Assembly (NCBI GenBank): GCA_003971905.1
Contig: RSEE01000026.1
Coordinates: forward strand, 558,001-622,000
Length of the DNA: 64,000 nt
DNA from: Moniliella sp. 'wahieum'
Lineage: Eukaryota
Reading direction: 5' to 3'
The position numbers and the translations under genes were made by a program. This document shows positions 1 to 11,149 of the stretch, in pieces. The notes under the pieces are model-generated. The model made no database searches, had not been told where the DNA came from, and saw only the letters and a program-made list of their open reading frames with translations. Position 1 is the stretch's first letter. The number at the start of each line of letters is the position of its first letter.

Positions 1-2038
1 GTATGGGACAGTCTTTTGAGACTCTTGCTTGGCCGCAACATGCGCGTCACAACGTTGGGCTTGTGTACGGGCGGGTTGGCCAGATCGACGGCGTGAATGG
101 CACTGCCCATGGATTGGAAACTGACGTTAGACTCTGAGGGGTGGTGATGCGTGCGCCGCCCCAACTCGTTCACGGGCGAGTTGGCGGCACTCATTCGATA
201 CACTGGCGAGGTGGCTGTGCCATGAGCAACCGCTACGGCCACTGCGGCCGCTTCCTCTTCCACGCGCATCTCAGCTTCGGCCGCAGTTTTGTGATGAACA
301 CGGTCGTGTACGCCCGCCGCATCCTTCGCTTGCTTTTTGAGGGCACGGCGCTGCTTTGGAGTCATGGTTGCCTTGCGGTCAATCTTGTGAGCCTTGTTCT
401 TGGCCTTGAGTTTGGCCACCTCATCCTCTGCCGCTTGAGCCGCTTCTGCCGGAGGGAGGTGACGGCGACGATTTGTGTCGTAGAGACGATAGGCATAGGA
501 CCTGGGAATGTCATTGTTGTCCGGGAGGGGCAGCATACCGAGTTTTGTCCTGCGTCGAAGGGCCCGGCGACGGAGCATGGTAATGCGGAACATGCGATAC
601 GAGTCGCGCAGTCGCGACGGGGCCAAGAGGAAACCGGTGAGGTTGAACAGCACACAAAATCTTGTCGATTCTCTCGATCCAAAGACGCCGATGAGGCGGA
701 GTCCACCAATGGACAATCAAAATGAAGATGGCAATGCCCCACGCGGCCACCAACAACCCGTAAAAGACCATCAAGAATCCCAGAGCTGGCAAACAATGAA
801 CGAAAGGCATGGTGAGTATAATTAGAACGGAACGAGAGGGAGGGGTATCCACATACGAGTCCGGAGGTATCGACCGAACCCAATCAGGCCCCGACGGAAG
901 CGTTCGCGCGGGGTTTGAAGTCTGGTAATCGCCGCCTCTACTGCCTCATCCTCCTCGGCTTGCTCTTGAGACAAGCGTGCTTCGTCCTCCAACTTGCTTT
1001 TGGGAGAGGCGGGAGCGTCAGAATTAAGTATCTCTTCCTCCGCCGGCGGAGAGAGGCTGTCCAAGGCATTGAAAGGGGGAGGTGGTGGTACCGCACCAGC
1101 CTCCTGTGTTGTTGTCTGCCGCCAGCACCCAGTAGTGGGACCTGGCCCAAAAGTCCATGTCGCTGGTCCGAGCCAGGCTGCCCTGGGGAAGGAAGAACCG
1201 CAGATTGACCCACTGCCTCGCCAGAATATGTGGTGTAAGTGTAGGGGACACCCAAGGGCGTACCCGTGGTAGGGTCAATTTTTGCATCGCCGGGGGATTT
1301 GGCAGTGGACTCGTCCGAAAGAACAGGGTTCAACTCCAACTGGGGCTTACCCAACAGATCCGAGGCGTCCCCAATTGTTTGCCCTGCACGCATATCTCCA
1401 TGGGACGCAAGGGGATCCACGGCGGGAGGAGGCGCTGTCGTCCCAGACGGTCGGTCAGGTGTGGTGACGCCCAAAGGGTCGGCGGCCTGTGTGGCAACGT
1501 CTTCTGTCATGGGCGTTAAGGCCTTGGGGGGAGGCACGACCTTGGGAGAGGCTGCCGCGGTTGACTGCCACGACGGCTAAACGACCCGAACAGCGGCGCG
1601 GCGGCGGCTGGTCAGGAGAGTCAGGGTCGTGACTAAAAGAGGGAAGGCGGGCACGGAGACGGCTGTGGGTCGAAGCGGCCGAAGCGCGGCGGGAAGACAG
1701 AGCGACGGGTAAGTGCTGAGGGCTGTTGGGCGTGTGGGCGAGGGTGAGGTGGAAGGGTGGAGAGGGTCGGTACCCGGGGCGGCAGGGTCGATTTCATGGT
1801 CATCATAGCCATCGCGGAGCGTCCCCGGGACAAGGTCAGACCAGGAGGGAATGGGGGGCGGGTGAAAGGAGGGCGCAAAGAGCACGCCCTGGATGTTGCT
1901 CCATGTGTTCATGGCGGCATAGGCTGGGTCTACCACGTCCCATACATCGGCCTCCTGGGCACGCTGGGCCTCTGCATCGGCCGCAGCTTCGGCGCGGGTC
2001 TGGCTGGTGGCATGAGCGCGGGAACGGATGCCGCGCAT
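1..2038 (-). CDS. DUF2985-family membrane protein (3' end runs off the window; frameshifted)
   Basis: Joined frames give 'DVWDVVDPAYAAMNTWSNIQGVLFAP' and 'LGFLMVFYGLLVAAWGIAIFILI..RRLWIERIDKILC-LFNLTGFLLAPSRLRDSYR'. These match the fungal DUF2985 pattern as I recall it (LDVIDP..L.NVQN.LF.P; YG..V.AWG; WIE..Q.L..LF..TG....P.R.RD). ATG at 2038. Confidence 0.7.
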
Positions 2039-2220
2039 GGCGTTGAGGCCCAGGCGCGTCGAGTAGCTGGGGAGGCAGTGGCAGTGAGGGGGGGGCGGCC
2101 GTCGGGAGAAGAGGGAGGCGGTGGATGGAAGAGGCTCATTGTGTGGGTCGGAACAGTGTGGAGGGGCGCAGCTCCCGGCGAGGGCGGCGAGGCGGCTGTG
2201 AGGGAGGCAGGTGTGCGTGT

Positions 2221-2320
2221 GGCGGTGCGCCTGGGGGTGGCGATGCGCCTGGGGTGGCGATGCGCCTGGGGGTGGCGATGCGCCTGGGGTGGCGATGCGC
2301 CTGGGGGTGGCGAAGCGCCG
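2221..2320. repeat. Minisatellite, 17-18 bp unit GGCGATGCGCCTGGGG(G)T, about 5 copies
   Basis: Read directly; lies upstream of the DUF2985 start. Confidence 0.9.
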
Positions 2321-4177
2321 GACATGGCGGGTGGGCGGGAGACGCCGGCGGTGGCGGTGGCGGTGGCGGTGGCGGCAGGGATGGATGGATGCGGGCGGAC
2401 AGAGCGAGGCAGGCCGAGCGAGGCTGCAGACGGCGATGCATGCGGTGAATGGTGAATGTTGAGCCTGGCGGGTGGGCACGGGGGCACACTGGCTGCTCGC
2501 TGGCTGGGTCTGATCTGCGGTCCGTCGCAGCCTGTCGCAGCCACAAAGCGACCATCGCTGATCGATCGCATGCATGACATGTGACGCTGCCATCGCAGAT
2601 GCCCCCGCAGGCTGTGCTCGTGCCCAGCGCCCATACGCGCGCACGCCCGTAGGGTTGGGCATTTCGTCACGCGTCTGTAGTCACTAGTCACTGGTCCTAG
2701 TCACTAGTTGTGCATGATGCATGAGTCACACTCGGCAATCACATACCCGTCACCGGCCTTCCGCCTGCGCCTGGCCGCCTCGTCCGACGGGCCATCCCAC
2801 TCCTTCCCCAACAGCAGTCCGCCTCGACCATTGCATACCAGCGCCCAGCCCACCACCATACAAACACGAATCCCTGCCAGGGCACAGCACAGCAGCCGCA
2901 TGGTAGGAGCAACAGAACAACTTGTCCCGTAAAAAAAAGATGCACTGCAGGCACTACTGAACTACTACCGGACACTCTTTGCTGCACCTCTCTCCCTGTG
3001 GGCATTGATGGGGGTCAGAGGGTGTGCCTCAGTACGTTCAGTGGGCTATAGTGGCAAAAATCTAATGCAGTAGATCGATGATTGATGATCGTCGATTGGC
3101 TTGTTGGTCGCTGCTGGCCCACCGAAACCAAAGCAGGCTAGTAGCTGTTCCTCTCAATCGAGAGAGGGCAAGTTCATCGTTCGGATGTGTCCGCCACTTC
3201 ATTCGTCGTATCCAACTAATGGCAGACGCCAGAGGGTCCTAATCTGTTGCTGGCGGATCCCTTGGCTTCCTAGAAGGGTTTGACGCGCGCCAACAACACA
3301 CACGTCGGATGAGCAGTCGGTTTAGACGCAGTGCTTCTTCGTCCCAGCCTTAGGCTCTGTCAATGATAAGGTCACACTGTATACACCTTATACCTTCACA
3401 ACCGTCTGAGAGTTCTGAATGCTGGATGCTGAAGAGATGCTGAGGGTCCAGCATGGGAATCACAAATGGAAGGTATACTGTGTAGATGAGGGAAAGGGTC
3501 GGGGCTTAGGAGGGCACCGTGTGGCCTGCCAGGCGAGATTAGTACTAGTAAGCAAACCAGATGGGCCTGTACATGTATTTTACACGGGGGTTTGTGTTCT
3601 TTTTGACGCATTATCATATTGGTTCCAAAGATGGAATACCTATACCACGCAGATCGAGGGGGCTGGGGGGGGGGGTATTGGGCACACGTTAAACACCCAA
3701 CCGCAGTCGTGTCGTGGGAAGTCAAAAGCGATATTCACCTCGGGAAGTAGACGCGCTGGTGCCGAGGGAAGACGGTTGTGGATGCCATTGCTGTGTGGGT
3801 GTCAACGTTGCCAACGGCGTCCATGTGGGCAGAACAGACGAGACGATGCTGGGGCGATGTGAGAGAGGGTATCATCATAGAGTGCTAGGCGTCCCTGGCT
3901 GCACTCTTCCCCATTGATCGGGGAGGGTGGCGCTGAGGCTCACTTGTGACATGTGGCATGTGAGCAGACAAGCGAGGTGCGGGGATTGCAATGTTCAACA
4001 CCCACTGGCCCCAGCCCAACCCTAATGCTGAATGCGCAGAGACCAACTGCGGGGGAGGAGCGACTGGCGACTGCCACTCACTTATCAGGGCGTCAGGGCG
4101 AGCGAGGCAGACCAACGGGTGTGTGGTTGGTGCGCACCACAAGGCTGAATGCTGCCAGTGAATGCTACTCGACGCTC

Positions 4178-4305
4178 TGGATGGCGATGGATGGATGGGA
4201 TGGATGGGATGGATGGATGGATGGTGAATGCGGGATGTTGGATGCGGGATGCTATGCTGGATGCTGGATGCTGAATGCTTGATGCTGAATGCTGAATGCT
4301 GGATG
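4178..4305. repeat. Compound microsatellite: (GGATG/GGAT)n followed by 7-mer (ATGCTGR)n
   Basis: Read directly; upstream of LCB2. Confidence 0.85.
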
Positions 4306-4483
4306 GGACGGGACGGGGGGACGGATGGGCTGCTGAAGCTGAGGATGGCAGGGACTGTCGTTGGGACGTGCACGTGAGGCCAGTGCGCGAGCGCTCTGTT
4401 TTGGCGCAGCGCCGCAGCAGAATCAAGCACCCACCACCCTCCGCCTATCTTCTTCCCTTCTCCCACCACCACCTCCTCTCGCC

Positions 4484-6485
4484 ATGGCGGCCAAACCCGC
4501 CACCACCTTGCCGCGCGGCCTGTCCGAGCCCGATACACCGCCTGCTGCCACCGCACCTGTTGCTGCCCTGCCTGCGGAATCCGAGGGCACCCGCCTCATC
4601 CATCAAGAATTTGGCTACGACCCCAACCCCGCCTACCGCTACACAAGCCAGCACCGTTCCAGCGACCCGTTCCCCGCGCCATTTGAAGAAGAGCCGGCAT
4701 ACAGTGTTCTCATCTGTACCTACCTCACCTACGCCGTGCTCATTGTGATTGGCCACTGCCGCGACTTTGTGGGCAAACGCCTGTTCCCCAAGCACTACGA
4801 GCACTTGGTGGAGCATGAAGGCTATGCGGCGCTCAACTCGGACTTTGACTCGTTCTACACTCGTCGGCTCAAGAAACGACTGGACGATTGTTTTGCCCGT
4901 CCGGTCACGGGTGTGTGTGGGCGGACGGTGGCGCTGCTGGACCGGGTCAGTTGACTACTTTGATACGTTTGAGCTGACCGGCACGCAAACTCGTAGCCTC
5001 AACGTCACGCCTACAATTACCTTGGCTTTGCCCAGTCGCACGGCGGATGTGCGGATGCAGTGGAGACGTGTTTGCGTACGTATGGTCTTTCGTCGCTGGG
5101 CAGTCGCTTGGGGGCGGGCTACTTGGATCTACAGCAGCAGTCCGAACGCTTGGTGGCCCAGTTTATCGGACAAGAGGATGCCTGTGTGATCAGCATGGGC
5201 TTTGCCACCAACTCGACCACCATCCCTGCCCTCGCCGGACCGGGTACTCTCATCATCTCGGACGAGTACAACCATTCTTCCATTCGATTTGGCGCGCGTC
5301 TATCTGGTGCGCACATCCGGCAGTACCGCCACAACGACATGCACAACTCGAAGCCCTGTTGCGCGAGTGCATTTCCCAAGGCATGCCTCGCACCCATCGT
5401 CCTTGGAAGAAGATTATTGTCATGGTAGAGGGCTTATACTCCATGGAGGGCACACTGGTCAATTTGCCCGAAATGATTCGACTCAAACACGGTATAAGGT
5501 ATGTGGTACTATTCCTGTTCCCTTCTGTTGCGTGCAACGAGCTAAGGACCCCCCCCCCCCCTCCCATCGCCCCTTCTCCCCCCCTTTTCAGTTCTACCTC
5601 TATATCGATGAGGCCCACTCAGTCGGTGCGATTGGTCCCAACGGACGCGGGGTGTGCGACTACTTTGGTGCAGATCCCAAAGAGGTGGACGTCTTGATGG
5701 GCACCTTTACCAAATCATTTGGTGCGGCGGGCGGGTACATTGCTGGGTCAAAGGAGTGGTGGCGCGGGTTCGTCTGATGAACCATGCCAACAACTTTGGG
5801 GAAACACTTTCGCCGCCCGTGTTAACTCAAATCGTAGCTTCCATGAGCAGCATTATGGGTGTGGGTAACCACACGGACCAACTGGCCTTGGTGCCCTCCT
5901 TTGTCCGTGAGGGCCTGCCGCGCGACATGCTGACCGGTCAGGAAGGCCATGAACGCTTGCGTCGGTTGGCGTTTAATGCTCGCTACCTATCCTCAGGTTT
6001 GCGCAAACTCGGTTTCATCATCTATGGGCACCGTGACAGTCCAATTATTCCTCTTCTGTTGTTCCAGCCAGCCAAGATGCCCATGTTTGCACGGATGATG
6101 TTGGACCGATCGTTAGCACTCCCACCGTCGCAGCGGCGCGTGCAAGCTGCTCACCTTGCGCACCTCTCGCCGGACGAAAGGAAAAAGTGGTGGGGATCGA
6201 CAACCCGGCTCACTTGATCCCTGAACAGGTCCCGTCGCGTCCGCCAATCAATGTGGTGGTAGCCTACCCCCCGCCACACCGCTCGTCTCGTCTCGTGTGC
6301 GCTTTTGTGTGTCCGCGGCGCATACCAAGAAGGACATGGACGATGTGTTACGTGCATGTGACGAGATTGGAACGTTGATTCACCTGAAGTACGGGTCGGG
6401 AGGACCGGGCGGAAGATGGTCGATTGAGCAGGTGATTGATCGGTGTATGGATCTGGTGGCCTGGGATGGTGTTAGCCCCATCTAA
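4484..6485 (+). CDS. LCB2: Serine C-palmitoyltransferase catalytic subunit (Lcb2/SPT2)
   Basis: Motifs '[26 protein letters not shown]', 'SMGFATNST', '[13 protein letters not shown]', '[17 protein letters not shown]', 'YLYIDEAHS', and PLP-lysine motif '[14 protein letters not shown]'. Intron about 5499-5591 (GTATGT...TTTCAG). Several indels. Confidence 0.95.
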
Positions 6486-7077
6486 GCTGCAACCCTTCTA
6501 ACTCTGCACTACCCCTTCGAACCCATCTACCCCCTCCCTCCCCTCTTCCTCACGCCCTTCTCGGTACCTTGTCTTGTCTTTGGGCGGGGAGGACATCCCG
6601 CTTCGCTGCGACCAGATCCGCATCGCCTCCCCCAGGGTGTGGGGAGATGATGGTTCAAGGTTGAACAGGTAGCACTTTGCCGAGCCCACTGTTTAAACAC
6701 TTGGCAGCCCACATTCTGTTCCCCTGGTGGTTTTTTGTTTTGTTTCTTGACGCCCCTGTTTTTGACCTGACCTTGGAGAAAGCTTGGCTCTCCTGCCCTC
6801 CCTTCTCTCGCATTAAGCATTGCTCATGACCCCTGTCCTAATCTCTCCGCTACGTTCCTACCCAAGCCCCCTCCTCTCCTTTCCCCACAAGGCCTCGCCC
6901 ACAGTCCATGTCCAAGTCCATCTGAGCCCCAGATTCTCATACTACCCACAGCTTGATGTTGGAACAATACATATAACCTCACCCCCCGCGTGCGCGTCAC
7001 ATAGCATATGCACCTCCTGCCCATAAGCCAACCACGGTGCGTGGGTCCTCTTCTTGGCTGGCCGATTAGCCGAGTCA

Positions 7078-10000
7078 TCACTCCAACAACCCCCCCACAG
7101 TTCCACCCAGCAACTCCAACCAGCGCGCTAACTCCTCCACCCGTGCGCCCAACGCCAAGCTGACTTGTTCCTTGGACGTGAGAGCGGCCAAGTCCAAAGC
7201 CACCGGGGGCGGGACGACAAGGGCCGACGTAGCGGACGAACCCGACGCCCCCGACGCCCCCGATGCACCGGAGGGAACACCTGGGCGCACCTCGCTTCGT
7301 CCTTCGCGGCTCGTGGTCCGAGCCGGACGAGGCACGGAGACAGGACCGGCGCCACTGGTGGGATCCGATCCGCCATGGGTGCCACGGGTATGCACGCTGC
7401 CCCTTGAGTGAGGTACGGGCGGAGGTGGTCCACGGCCTGTCCCGCCGATTGCGGGGGTGGGGCCTAAGGAAGCCGGTGGATCAGGTGCACTTTCGGTACG
7501 GGAGCGACGTTGAGTGGTGTGGGTGCTGTCGGGTGGGGAATCGGGCGGAGGGGGCACGGGGGTGGTGGGCGTACCTGTCCCTGGTCCCGATCCGGACGCT
7601 GATCCAGATGAAGGGAGAGGGGGCAAGTACGGTCCCGGGGAGGGGGAAGCGCTCCGAGCTGGCCGAGTGAACTTGGCTTCTTCCAAACTCATACTCGACG
7701 GGAATGTCCCCATGCTGTTTGCGCCAATAGAAGGGGAAGCCGACTGTCCGCGCGCATGACCATGGCTGCGGGCAGATACGCTGCTTTGACCACGGCGATG
7801 CACCGCCGCTGCCCCCCGTATTCGTTGCATTGGTCATGGCAATCAACTTTTGCGATGCTGGGGTGGGAAGGGGCACAGCAGGAACCTCTCGTTCCCTCGT
7901 ACCGGCCGACGGGGTAGGTTGAGAATCTGTCTCGGACGTCCGTGGGCTCGACACCGACCTTGCTTCCTCCCGACTTGGCATGACCACCATCGATTCTGGC
8001 GACAAGGTCTGAGTCCGGCCCGGAACCAAGGCTACCGACGCACCCAAACCCGCCATCGAGTTCGCCGGTGTGTTTGCGACTGTACTCGCGCTCGTTCCCG
8101 AGGGCAAAGGCACCGCAGCTGCGCCCCCGCCGCCTCCAAAACGGAACGGGGTGCTACCTGTGCCTGAGAATCCAGCCACGTGGGGTTTCGCATCCGCGCT
8201 CATCGGGGCGGTTTGGGCGCGTGTGATAACAGGTGGTGGGGGTCGTGGAGTTGGGGTCAACGTAGCCGCCGATTCGGATGAGGTGAGGGGCGTAGCTACG
8301 CCGCCCAAAACAGGTGGTGGGGGCGCTCCATGCTTCCATGTTCACCCCAATGGGAGGTGGGGGACGTAGTGTGCTGCCGAGCGAGTAGGGGGAAGAGGTA
8401 CCTGCAGTGCCCCACTCTGGCAAGGTGATGGCCGACGAGCCGGGAGCGAGCCCAAGGGTGGAGGTGGCAAGAGGGGCATTTCTGCCGTGGTGGGATCGTT
8501 TTCGTCGGCAAAGAGGTGCATCAATGAATTGGCCCGCGAGGGGGTGGAGGAAGAGCAAGAGTCGTGTTGGACCCCCCTTGCCCGAGCGTGGCGGAAGTAG
8601 TGGCGCGAGGGGTGCGAGTCGAGTTGTCGAAATCGAGTGGGTCGTCGACATCTACCTTCCCCCCATCGGGGCGGATGCGGACGTCAGCATCCGAGTCGGA
8701 TCCCGAGCCAGTGCTGGAAGCAGCACTGCTGAATTCCCATCCGAAGTCACTTTCCACGCCATCGTATACGAACGAGTCGCGTGAATGCGAAGTGGTACTG
8801 TTTTTGCTGGGCTTGCGTTCGACGTCAGCACCATTGGTAGCCAACCCACCAATCAGACTGAATCGCAACCCCCCCTGTTTGACCCAAGTATTGTAGCGTG
8901 TCAGCAGCTCGGTGAGAGCGGTTGTAGGTACTTTGGCAGTCCCCTTGATCCACTTAAATTTGGATAACTCTTCCGCTGTCGGACGTTCGCGAGGAACCTC
9001 GTTCAAACACGCTTGGACCAATTCACGGCACTCTTTGGAAAACCCACTGTCGACGCCTAAGCGAGGAGGGGTATTTTTGGGAATAAGCTGAATCACCCTT
9101 GCTTGATCAATCGATGCAAGCGGTGGGTTGCCCAACAGCATTTCCCAGATCGTGATACCCAGGGACCATACATCGGCGCTTTGGTCGTACAGCGCGCCAC
9201 GCACGATCACCTCGGGTGCCATCCAGTATGGGGTACCGATCATGGTCGTCCGTTTCCACCCTGCATCCTGGGCCGACGTATCTCGGGCCGGTTCCTTTTG
9301 GTTGTGGAATTGTACATCCTTGTGACCAGCCTTTTCGGCTGCGCGCGTCAAGGCACCCAACGCAGTGGCGTAGTTACCGCGGGGATGCTTGTGATCCTTG
9401 TGATCGTGGGCGTCTCCAGCGCCAGCAGGGCGGTAATTGGATCCACTCCATGCCAAGTTCGCCGCCACACCAAAATCACAGAGCATGATCTTGCCCGCAT
9501 TGGTGAGGAGCAAATTGGCAGCCTTAATGTCGCGATGGATCACACCCTGACGATGGAGCCAAGAGGGCCACCAGCGATTCGCGCACCACAAGCGCACTCA
9601 ACCGTTCAGGGATGGGACCGGGTTTCATCTGTTTCCCAGCTGAACGTTAGCAGCAGAATGGGGGGGGAGGGGGGGAGGAGATATTAAGTGTGCGTGGAAA
9701 AGGGTACATACTAAAGTGCGGATGCTGCCGCCCTCGGCCAAGTCCATGACAATCCACACCTCGGGTCCCCGCATCCAGCAACCCCAGTATTTGATGACAT
9801 TGTGGCTGGTGGCATCCTTGAGCTGAGAGAGGAGTGCCACCTCCTGCTGGATATCCTGCGCATCATCCTCTGGCGTGTCGAGGTTGACGACCTTGAGTGC
9901 AACGGGGGTGCCAGTAGCGATGTGCATGCCCTTGTACACAGCGCCATACGCACCGCGGCCAATGAGCTCGATTTTGCGGAAGACGGAGGAGACCGACACG

Positions 10001-10250
10001 GCCGCGCCGGGAGTCAGGGCCGGGGAGGATGCGGAGGGGGCCTGGGTGAGGCCGGAGCGGGTGCTGCTGGCGTATCCGCCACTGTCCTTGGACGCCGAGC
10101 CCTTGCCGCGGGCATGGCCGCGACTGCGGGGGCGGCGGCCTGAGCGATGCGAGTGCGGACGGCGCGGAGGCCAGGACTCCCGGGAGACTCGGACGAGCCG
10201 GGCACCTTGCTTGGGGGCAGTGGCAGCGGAAGGGAGCCCGGCGAGGGCAT
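7078..10250 (-). CDS. KIC1: STE20/GCK-family Ser/Thr kinase, Kic1/Nak1 type
   Basis: 'IGRGAYGAVYKG..VALKVVNLDTPEDDAQDIQQEVALLSQL', 'HRDIKAANLL', 'DFG', 'GTPYWMAPE', then a long low-complexity tail ending 'LDLAAL...ARVEELARWLELL'. Intron 9640-9711 (GTATGT..GCTAAC..CAG). Confidence 0.88.
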
Positions 10251-10933
10251 GGCCACGGGGGTGGTGCGGGCGAGGAGGAGGCGAGGTGGGGTGGCGGTGG
10301 TGGCGGTGGCGGCTGAATCTGAGATGTGATGTGAATGCTGGCTGCCGAGTGAACATTGAAGCTTGAAGGCGCAATGCTTTCGATGGCGGCGCCGCGCAGC
10401 TTGCAATGTTGCAAACCTCCATTCCGCCCAGTCTGCCCAGCAATAGTTGCACGTGACGCGTAACCCCCACCTCAGTTGCTCACTATGCAACCGGGCGGTT
10501 TATCGAGTGCTCTATCGAGAACTGCCCAGTCGATAGAGTGACACTAGTCAAGTGAGTAGTCAAATGGTCTTCATGGCCGGTGAATAGGCCAATGGCCCAG
10601 CTCTGGCGGCCCAGACTGAAGCAACGCACCCGCGCAGCCCCTATGAGCCCGCAGATGCTGCAAATAAAAAGCACAAGAAACCGAGCCACCGGGAGAGAAC
10701 TGAGAGGGGAAGAAAGCGCGTCCTGCATTGACGACAATATACACAGTGAAAACGGTTGCTAGACAACCGAGAGTGGACGGGCCCTTGCCTTGCGCTCACT
10801 TGATCGAGGTGAGCGAGTAGCCTGTCGAGTAGGAAGGCCGCTGGTATATACATTGGGATTGGTGGGAACGAGTTCCATGTTGGCTTGGAGTGGAGATCTG
10901 AGAGCCTCTGCTCACGCCTCTCAGGTACCCCTC

Positions 10934-11130
10934 GTCGCTAGTCGCTAGTCGCTAGTCGCTAGTCGCTAGTCGCTAGTCGCTAGTCGCTAGTCGCTAGTCG
11001 CTAGTCGCTAGTCGCTAGTCGCTAGTCGCTAGTCGCTAGTCGCTAGTCGCTAGTCGCTAGTCGCTAGTCGCTAGTCGCTAGTCGTCGCTAGTCGCTAGTC
11101 GCTAGTCGCTAGTCGCTAGTCGCTAGTCGC
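10934..11130. repeat. Heptanucleotide microsatellite (GTCGCTA)n, about 27 copies with one 3-nt interruption
   Basis: Read directly. Confidence 0.98.
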
Positions 11131-11149
11131 TTGTTATTGAGGGAAGACC

